NCBI GenBank assembly: GCA_964016885.1
Contig: OZ024740.1
Coordinates: forward strand, 424,080,001-424,144,000
Direction of reading: 5' to 3'
DNA: 64,000 nt
From: Eledone cirrhosa
Lineage: Eukaryota
Below the pieces are notes generated by a model. That model had not been told where the DNA came from and did no database searches. It saw only the letters and a program-made list of their open reading frames with translations. Shown here in pieces: positions 54,084 through 64,000 of this stretch (positions within the stretch are counted from its first letter, which is position 1; each line of letters begins with the position of its first letter). The position numbers and the translations under genes were made by a program.

Positions 54084-55945
54084 TTATTTATGTGTATGTA
54101 TATTATGCACTCACATAAATACTTTGACATGGAAATAACATAATTGTCATCTTCATTTCAATATATATTTCCCCCAATACTGTGGTGTCCTGGGGAGTTC
54201 TCTTTTACCATCTTGGTATGAAGCATGAGATGCTTGTTTTAGAAAGACATTATTGTTCTCCAGTGTGAGGTCATTGGAAATTAAGGTACCAATTATTTAA
54301 TTTGGGAAGATGAAGTCAGATGTTGGTGTTCTAGTGAGCAGGTAAAGGAACTATATTTCTAATAAAATACATTAGCTTTAGAATTAAAATAGAACTAGAA
54401 GCTTCACCATAAATTTTTGACTATAATATAGTCTAATAATGGGGCGTATAAACCCACTGATTGGAAAAAGATGAGTATCAGCACATTATTATCTTTGTAT
54501 TTCTATTAATTTTCAAAATGACCAAGAATTTGTTAGTTACGTTCAAAACAAATTAATATAGAAATTGAGAAATAAATTATTTTTACTAAATACAACCATT
54601 TATTAAAAATAATTTATTTCCCTTTTTATTTTTATATTAACTTTGTTTTTGGAACATAACCAACAAAAGGTTCTTGCATAAAATCATGATGGAAAGTTTT
54701 AATTTAAATATGAACACTTAAAAACTGGTTGTCTTCTATAAAAGAACCATTCTTCTGTACTGATATCAAAGGGGTTTTAAAAAGATCACGGTTACTGCAA
54801 TGAAAAAAAGAAAGAATTATATTTCTTGTTTTTGAACTCTACAAATTAGATACAATTTTGAGTATATTTGCATGAAAATAGCTTCTTTCACAACATGAAA
54901 TTATATTTCAGCAACTTCATTAAAAAAGCACGTAATTAATTAAATAATTTCTTAATTGCTTGAAGAATAATTTAGTGAATATAATTATTATGATTAAAAT
55001 TACATTATAATTTCTCAGACATTGGGAGTATTAGATTAAAATTAACGATTCTTTCAAGGGTGTTGGCATCAATAATTAAAAAGTGATATTTTGGACTAAA
55101 TTCACTCCGATGATAGTGGTAAGAAACTCTCAGGAGAGCTGAAGGACTTCAGTGAAGAAACCCCTCTCAAGCAAGTGTTTTGGCCCTTAACTTAGAGGCA
55201 GTTTACAAATTTGTAGGATATCTTTTTTTTATCATTTATTTCACCAGCCGTGTTTAAATTTGAAATATAGAAAAGGTTCATAAAGGGAAAATGTATGATA
55301 CACTATTTACAAAGAAGGAATGGAATGAAGTGGTTCATTATTGAGAATGTGTTAGTCAGGCTAGTGATGCCATTGAGAAGGATTGTAGTAAAACAACTAT
55401 TATACTTTTCATGATGGCCTGTAAAAGGCGCAATTTATGTAAAGTCATTTTTTATTTTATTTGCAAATTTTGAAATATTAGCAGGGTTACTGTGGGAACT
55501 TATTTCAGTGGAAGCATTTTATTTTTTTTTTTTTATCGGTGAAGGATAGAAGAGTAGCAACCATGGCCCATAATATTTTTCAGGGTCTCTAAAACTGATA
55601 GGAGGGTGGGATGAAGTTATCCTCAAATTAGAGATTATGTAATAAAGTGAACTCCACTAAAGGAACCCAAGGACCAGGTGATGGTGAGGTTCAACCAGGC
55701 AACAGATTAAATCAATCCCCCAAGAATTTAGAATATAAAGAACCAAAAGAAATACTACGAAGTATCCTGTCTGATGTCCTAACAATTCCAACAGTCTTGC
55801 TATGGTCATGTACCTTATTGAACCCAAAAGGATGTCAAATCAAGGCATTGTGTCCTACACTCTAACAATTCACTCCCATGAAGATAAGTTACATTCTCTT
55901 GCTTCATTAATACTTTAGCTATTGCTCTGTACTTTTATTACCAGG

Positions 55946-56110
55946 TTGGTGGATTGTCATTATCGATAGAGCGCCGGACAACGTTTTTCAGCATAGTTAC
56001 ATCCCTTTACTTTTTTAGTTCAAATCCCGGCGACGTTAGCTTTGCCTTTCATCCTTACAGGGTCGATAAAATAAAGTACCAGTAATGCACAGGGATCAAT
56101 TTAATCGACC
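55946..56110 (+). mobile_element. SINE family B
   Basis: Head and central motif as in other copies. An inverted head fragment follows at 56121-56150. Confidence 0.8.
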
Positions 56111-56566
56111 ACAAAGTGATGCTCTACCGATACTGCCAATCAACCAACCTGATTAACACAGTTAATGGTGGCAGTAATAGAAAATGTTTTTCAGTTGGTA
56201 AATACCAAAGATGCATTTTGGAAACGTTTCCCTATCATGTATTTACTAATTGTTAATATACCTATGTGAAGTTTTGTAACTTTCTGACCCACTCTTTCCC
56301 TGGAGTTTCCTTTCTGTCACATAACAGGTGTCATTTTTGAGAATGGTTCCATTAACAATAAATAAATATTAAGATTGATTTACCTGAGTGGCCTTCACGG
56401 TCCCTAGAATTCAACTGAAATTATTCCCTTTCATAGAGATTGAATCAGCTATTTTGCTTCCTATATACATTACATTACTATCACTCTATAGCAATCCAAT
56501 AACTGCCACAAAGACAGCACTATATCACTATAAACTAAATATGAGATGTAGTTACATCAGTAATAT

Positions 56567-56686
56567 AATTGTTTCTACTTTTGGCACAAGGCCAGCAATT
56601 ATCCCAGTGTATTACTGCTACTTTATTTTATCGACCCCGTAAGGATGAAAGGCAAAGTTAACCTCGGCGGGATTTGAACTCAGACC
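56567..56686 (-). mobile_element. SINE family B, 5'-truncated
   Basis: tttattttatcgaccccgtaaggatgaaaggcaaagttaacctcggcgggatttgaactc. Confidence 0.8.
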
Positions 56687-56906
56687 ATGGTGGTGTGGCT
56701 ACATTAACCGGTGGGAAAGGAATAGGAAGTGATTTTGGCAATCAATTATTATTTGTAAGTTTGTAAACTTATGGTATTGACACCATCACCATTACCTCCT
56801 CCGCCTCTTATATATTTACATGCCATCTGGTATCAATGAAGTAAAAAGTTCAGCGTAGCTAATACAAAATTCTCTGGGTCAAAGTTATTACACACACACT
56901 CTCCCT

Positions 56907-56987
<81 letters not shown>

Positions 56988-56988
<1 letters not shown>

Positions 56989-57170
56989 GTTTCCACTTTT
57001 GGCACAATGCCATCAATTAACCAGTACATTACTGGTACTTTATTTTATCGACCCCGTAAGGATGAAAGGCACAGTTAACCTCGGCGGAATTTGAACTCAG
57101 ACCGTAAAGGGACGTAACTATGCTGGAAAGCATGGCATCCGGCCCTCTACCGATACTGCCAATCCACCGC
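56988..57170 (-). mobile_element. SINE family B, near full length
   Basis: Same motif, ending in ctctaccgatactgccaatccacc. Confidence 0.83.
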
Positions 57171-57537
57171 CTCTCATTACCATATGTCTAGTGTAAAATA
57201 CTATGTTTTTCAAATAATTTTGAAGATAATGAAGAATTTAGAACGATTTAGTAATATAATTATTACTTATTCGTTATGAAGCTGTTTGAATTATGAAAGA
57301 TATTTCTATCATTAGCACTTATTATTTTCTATATTCAACACTATATTATCCAATGTGCCATTCTTGTTTCTAAAACACTATATAGAGTGGAATTTGAGGG
57401 AGCTTTCATTTCTAGTAAGCATGTAGAATTATACCTCATTGGGTCAAACCTTCACATGCTCTACACAGACAAACATATATACTGGTCAGATTATATATAT
57501 ACAGACACACACACATGTTATATGTATGTATATATCA

Positions 57538-57855
57538 AATCATCATCATCATTTTACGTCCGCTTTTCCCTGCTTGCAAGGGTGGGACGGGAACTGATTC
57601 TGGCTTGATTTCTACAGCTGGATGCCCTTCCTAACACCAACCTCATTTACAGTGAGTGCTGGGTGCTTTTTTGCCGTGGCACCTCCACGATATGGAGCCC
57701 AGTCCCTATCATCTCATTTCTACAGCTGAGTAAACTGGAGTAATGTGAAATAAAGCGTCTTGCTCAAGTAAACGACACATCACCCGGTCTGAGAATTGAA
57801 CTCACCAGCTTTCGATTGCAAGGCCAATGCTCTAACCATTAAGCCATGTGCCTCC
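57538..57855 (-). mobile_element. SINE family A with RTE tail
   Basis: Closely similar to 40605-40943. Confidence 0.88.
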
Positions 57856-57925
<70 letters not shown>

Positions 57926-58040
57926 CACACACACACTTATATTGCTCAGTTTTTATATATACAGACACACACACACATATGTATGTATATATATATACAT
58001 ACGTGTGTATGTCTGTATATATAAAAACTGACCAATATAA

Positions 58041-58081
<41 letters not shown>

Positions 58082-58257
58082 CATACATATGTGTGTGTGT
58101 CTGTATATATATGTGTGTCTGTGTAGAGTATGTGAAGGTTTGACCCAATGAGGTATAATTCTACATGGTTAAACAGCTTGCTAGAAATGAAAGCTAATTC
58201 TCCCTCAAATTCCACTCTATATACTGTCTTAGAAACAAGAATATATATATATATATA

Positions 58258-58636
58258 TCATCATCATCGTTTTACGTCCGTTCTTCCATGCTAGCATGGG
58301 TTAGACGGGTTGTCCTGTTGTGGGCAGTGTCTGGTCGGCTGACCATGCCTTGCTCATACAGGAACTGATTTTGGCTTTATTTATGCCCTTCCTAACACCA
58401 ACCTCATTTACAGTGAGTGCTGGGTGCTTTTTCCGTGGCACCTACACGTCCACTTTACAGTGTGGGCTGGGTGCTTTTTTGCCGTGGCACCTCCATGACC
58501 ACCTTGCAGTGGGAGGGTGTGGGGACTTATTGTCTATATGCTTCAGCTTGTACCCATGGGAGGTCGGGTACTCTGTATTATTGCGTGACGCCAGAGGTCA
58601 CGGTCGTGTGTAATTGGGCAAGGTCGGCTTTTATCA
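58258..58636 (-). mobile_element. RTE 3' fragment (subfamily of 23868-24692)
   Basis: KKTWDDVIKADLAQL..DRDLWR-like end plus matching 3' UTR. Confidence 0.85.
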
Positions 58637-59544
58637 CATCATCCCAGGTCTTCTTCTATATATATATACACACACTTATGTTGGTCAGATTATATATACA
58701 CAGACAAACATATATATACAATTATGTTGGTCAGATTTAGCTCAGCTCTTTGTTTTTTTTCTAATCACTGAAAGAAAAATATGAATGATCCATTGAAAAT
58801 GGGTTTTTTTGAGAGAAAGTAACTCAAATAATTGGGAAGTAGGGTGGGGGTAAAAAGAAATAGAATCATGGTTCACTGAATCTTAGTAGAAATGGTCTTG
58901 TGGAGCAAACAATATCTCTCTCTCTCTCTAAATCAAGTCTGGAATGATTCTAGCATCTACCCACTTATCTTCAGAAGAGGATGTGTTTATATGTGTGAGT
59001 TGCACACTTCCCAAAATATATGATAAATACATTTCTGTTCATATATACATGTGCAGCACAGATTTTACTTAGAATATATAAACATGTAAACTCATCAGAT
59101 TTATGTATTCCCTGTGTGCATTGAAGAAGTGATAACATCCTTAATCAATTCTTAACCCTTATTCGGGTCTATAAATGTATTATGCATTTCCTTGTTGTTG
59201 ATATACTCTGATGAGAGCCCTATAAGGATGTTCATCATTTTCTCAATCTACAGGGAAATATTTAACATGTTTACATGTCTATATACCCAATGTGTATAAA
59301 TAAATATATTTCATTATGATATTTCAGTGTTAAAACCCACTTTTCAAGTGTGAAACAGAAACAGTTCAAAACAAAAATGAACGACCGATGTGTTCTTCCC
59401 TAACTGGTCTATATATATTTAGTGGTGGTACCATGCAAAAACAAACCTGGTACAGGCCAAAAGGTAACATGAGAGCAATACTCAATGGTCTAGCCACATA
59501 TAAAACAATAATGATGATGGTGATGATATGTATGTATTTGTATG

Positions 59545-59595
<51 letters not shown>

Positions 59596-60347
59596 TTGTG
59601 TGTGTGTGTGTATGTTTGTATATGAAAGCATCAGGGCTGACCTGGGGCTAAACACCACCGACAATAACAGTAACAGCAGTAACATCCTTCTATGCTAGTT
59701 CTAGCAATGTATAATTAATTCTGTTTTGTTTTAATTCTAAAATACATGTTTTGCTTGCTATTATATTAAACCCTCACTTTTGACACAATATTATAATATC
59801 CCATCTTTAATTATGCAGTAGTTGTAATCATTTTCCTATATATTTCCTTCATGTATTATTTTTCATTGTTAATAGGATTAACTTTGTGTTTTATAAGCCT
59901 ACTCAATTTCTGGCTATCAACTATAATTGTTAACTTCATTGTTGAGGCAATATTTCTAGATAATTAAATAACATGCTTGCTCTTTCACTCTTTCATTCGT
60001 TCTCTATAACTTGATAATACTAGTTAATTAATACATCATGCTGTGATTAATCCTCTCATAGTAATCAAGCAAATAGAGTGAGAGAGAGGGGGGAGTGATT
60101 TATTTATTTTTTTTGTCTATAGTCTAATTTTTTTACAAATCATATCAATTGTTGTTTAGCTTCAGGTCAACCCCATGGTTAAACATCACATCTTTTATAT
60201 ATCACTGACTACAGTACTAACTGTAGTAGGGTGTGGGATATGGTAATTTACTCCATTGCTCCTGTATTTAAGATGATTGTAGAGTGTGTGATTTGAAAGG
60301 ACATATATTTGGCTGCTATTTCTAGTAGGTGAAGCTATCATGTAGAG

Positions 60348-63300
60348 CAGTGGTCGCCAACCTTTCTAAAACCGAGGAACCCTCTAAATATTTTGAATTC
60401 TTCACGGAACCTATACAATACAAAACTTTTCAAAAAAAAAAAAAAAGTATTTATTTATTTTAGTGTTTCATGCGTGTGTATGTAATCGAACACAATTAAC
60501 TAGTGGCTTTTCTGCTGCTGCGCCTCATCAGTGAGTTTAAAAATCGAGGTTCAACACTAGTTAATGCCAGTCTCATACACTCGTCAATTGCTGACAGTTT
60601 ATTCATCTTCTTTGTGCAGATTTCTACCAACTGCGAAAACCCTTTTTCGCACAAGTAGCTAGATGGGAATAAAGTCAAATATTTCAATGCAAGTTGGCTG
60701 ATTTTATTAAACTCCCCAATCAAGAATAAGTCGATCCATAGTTCTTTCTTTCTGCTTTCGAATATCACTTTCAAGTCTTCGTTTGAATTCAAATCCATCA
60801 ACTGATGTAAGCATTGTGCAGGTAGTAAATTTTTACAATTTCCAGCGTCATTTTCTGACACTAACTGCTCGATCTCGGTGAATGGGTTTTTATCCATAAA
60901 TTTCCGCTAACAATATCTTTTTCCATCAAGTTAAAATAATCTGAAAAACTTGTGGAAAGCACATTTAAATGAGAAAGAATAATCTTCTTTAGATTGCTGG
61001 AGTCAAAATCTTCTCTCTTTTTAAGCTCTATTTCAAGGTTTGAAAGTAATGAGTAATTGTCCGATTCAATTCTTTTTATAAAGATGTTTAATTTTGATTG
61101 AAAATATGTAATAAAATTGATTGAAGTAAAAATATCTGCATTGTTACCCTGAAGACACTTATTTAGTTTGTTCAGTTCACCAAAAATGTCTACTAAATAA
61201 GCGAGTTACACATTCCATTCATTGGTTTCTAATACACTTGCTCTTTCATCATTGTTTTTTTAGAAAAAATATTTCTTCTCTCAGTTCAAAAATTCTCTTC
61301 ATAGCAACCCCAAAAGACAGCCAACTCACATGATTGTTCAATAACAATCTATTATAATTACTTCCAGAAGATTCACAAATAGATTCAAACATTCTAGAAT
61401 TTTTTGCTCTTGCATGGATCAAATTGATAATTTTGACAATGTCTTTCAGCTGGTCATTTAATATTTGAGCATCTCTTTCTTTGAATTTTTTTTAACACAA
61501 AACCTCTCGATGAATCATACAATGATTTGAAATACAATTTGGGGTCTATTCTTTAATTTTTGCAATCAAACCAGAATTTTTACCAGTCATTGCAGCTGCT
61601 CCATCTGTTGTTATTGAAGTCAACTTGCTCCAAGATACACCATTTAAAAAAAAATACTCTTCAATTTTATTGAATATATCTTGACCTTTAGTTGTGATGT
61701 CTAATACCAGACAAAACAAATACTCTTCTACTAATTCTTTTTTATCAAGGTCTACAAACCGTACATAGCAAATTAATTGAGCCTTGTTATTAATATCCGT
61801 AGTTTCGTCCACTTGCAGACCAAAACATGTGCTTTTCTTTAGTGCAGTTAGTATCTGATTTTCTATATCAGAAGAAATATCAATTATCCTTCTTTTTACG
61901 GTATTTGCTGACAATGGTAACTGGCTTAATTTTTCTTTGTCCTTAATACTGCATCTTTCAAAAAGATTCTCTGTAGCAATTTTTATACTTGGCAGAATTA
62001 ACTGTTCTCCTAATGTAAATGGTTTCTTGTTTTTACCAATCAAATGTGAAATCTAAAAAGATGTTCTTGTTAAAGCTTTATTTCTATCTGACTTTTTACA
62101 AAACAAGTCATACATATTAGCTTGTGATTTTTTTAATGTTTTTCAGCAAAGTAAAGTGACTTGTTTTTATCATTGGTGTGGTTAGTATCAAGGTGTCTTT
62201 TAAGTTTTGCAGGATTTAAACAGCTATTTGATAGAACTTTTGAACATAGCAAACACATGGGTTGATCTGGTGTATCTTTTTTAGTGTCAGCTTTTTGAAA
62301 TCCATATCTAACATAATCATCACACCACTGTCTAACCTTACTGCTGGTATCTAACTTCAGCTTCTTTGCAGTAGACATCATATCAATGTTATTTATCTAC
62401 AGTTAAACTTTGTAATATGACATTAATAAACAAGAGAAATTAACAGTTTTTTTAATTACAAAAAGTACTTAAATTAACTTTAATTTTAGATATTTGGAAA
62501 AACTTAACTAGTTAAAAAAAAATTTTAATTTTTAAAAATTGAAATTTCTCCATTTTAGGATGGCAAACATATTATTTAAAGTCTTATATTAAAATATTAG
62601 GGGTTACTGAAAAAGGTGCAAATTTATAAACAACTAGAAGAAATTTTTTTCAGAGTCCAGCACTTCCTGCATATACTACTTTAGAGTCGTATTAAATATT
62701 ATTGGTAATGTAAATATATTTAAATATCCGCCATACTAAAAGGTGCAAAAAATGCAGATCAGCTGATAGTGTAGAAGATGTAACGATGGTATTGGAAATT
62801 AATTCAGATATCTTCTATCTATTTTGACTCAAAGTTAGATATAATATAAGAAGGCTTTAGGCTGCGTTAAACATATATTAGATTGGAACAAATAAAGTTT
62901 AGTCAAATGCTTGTGGACATATATATTTATTGTATGAAGTAATTTCTCAATTGTGAATGCAGATGTCATCAAATGAATACATAATTGTGTGGCAAAGTTG
63001 ATAGTGTATGCATGGAATGCAAAATTACCTTTGTTAGTAGTCAAAACTTTACAGGCGTTATATTTTCTGTACAAAGTACAACAGAATGTAACGTGTTCTT
63101 ATTTAGAATTGTCTGTGGAACTGGATGCATGTTGTAAGCGGGTTCACTCTGTGAGGAAACTTTAAAGCTTTTGTGAGGACAGCAGATTAAAACGTGTTCT
63201 CTATTGAAAACATTCTACTGAACTTACGTTGTGAGAACAGCGAACTGACCCTGTCTCTCGGCTGAGAGACCTCGCTGAAATGAAGTTTTCAGTTTAAAGT

Positions 63301-63715
63301 TATGCTGTCATCGACCAACATTTACTTGTTCGTGATTGGTCAATTTCTAAGTTCAATTAGTGTATTATCAGTAGTAGTCAAATCCTTGGAATTCAGAAAA
63401 CTATGTCTTTCCAAGAATTGATGTGAGATTCGTGGAAATTGAATACTTTCAATTTCCACGAATCTCAGAACAGTGTTTTTCTACTAATTCAAGTGAGAAA
63501 CTGAAAGTAGTGTTTTCCACGAATTGGAGTGGAGAACCTGTGTACACTACAATAGTACTCGTTCATTTATACATTGCACCTTTTGGCATTTTCTTTGCAC
63601 CTTTTTCAGAAAACCCAAAATATTAATGGTAATGTAAATATTTATTTTTTTAAGGAACCCGGAGTTTGTTTTACGGAACCCCAAGGTTCCGCGGAACCCA
63701 TGTTGGCGACCACTG
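60348..63715 (-). mobile_element. Full-length hAT DNA transposon (Buster/Charlie-type), 3368 bp
   Basis: Perfect 14-bp TIRs CAGTGGTCGCCAAC at 60348-60361 and 63702-63715; 8-bp TSD ATGTAGAG (nnnTAnnn) at 60340-60347 and 63716-63723. Confidence 0.97.
60496..62381 (-). pseudogene. Disrupted hAT/Buster transposase (ZBED5/ZBED8/SCAND3-like family)
   Basis: BED finger CLLC...LKRHLDTNH; catalytic motifs LQVDETTD, ITTDGAAAM, HCMIHRE, YLCEKGFS. Split into ORFs 62133-62381, 61546-62043 and 60496-60897 by stops and frameshifts. Confidence 0.93.
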
Positions 63716-64000
63716 ATGTAGAGAACCTCTTGTTTAGCCAAGATATATTGTAATTAAATATATGATGCAATCAGTTGTCAGAAAATATGTAAGATTGATT
63801 GCACTGGGAATTGTATTACCTTTCAGCCTCCAATCTTTGAAGAAGTAAATCCTAATAATTCCTGCAACAAATTATGTATGTGTGTGTGTGTGTGTGTGTG
63901 GGGGGGGGGGGGGTATTTGAGTTTTTCTAATACTATGATATTTTTAACATATTCTTGTGTGTGTCCATGTTTCTGTGTGTATTAATGTCCAGTAAATTAG

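Noticed and set aside
60496-62381. Domesticated ZBED-type host gene
   Set aside because: Multiple stops and frameshifts plus intact TIRs and TSD indicate a dead transposon copy.

Overview
AT-rich eukaryotic intronic or intergenic DNA with no convincing intact host CDS. The repeat content suggests an octopus or other coleoid cephalopod (inference): tRNA-headed SINEs with (GAT)n RTE-type tails, RTE LINE 3' fragments, and dense (TA)n/(CA)n/(GA)n microsatellites. Main features: a 39-bp minisatellite and a 5-kb 40-bp minisatellite; a full-length but pseudogenised hAT (Buster/Charlie-type) DNA transposon with 14-bp TIRs and an 8-bp TSD (60348-63715); a Penelope-like GIY-YIG fragment flanked by inverted repeats; many RTE, CR1-like and Tigger remnants, SINEs and MITEs. 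Most interesting observations: several hammerhead-ribozyme-like motifs (best at 10097-10163), a spacerless 238-bp palindrome, recurrent inverted duplications centred on (TA)n tracts, an RTE-like insertion with twin-priming 5' inversion, and a candidate recursive splice site with a 40-nt RS-exon (26982-27021). Most ORFs in the track are artefacts of simple repeats. Family assignments come from motif recognition, not database searches.
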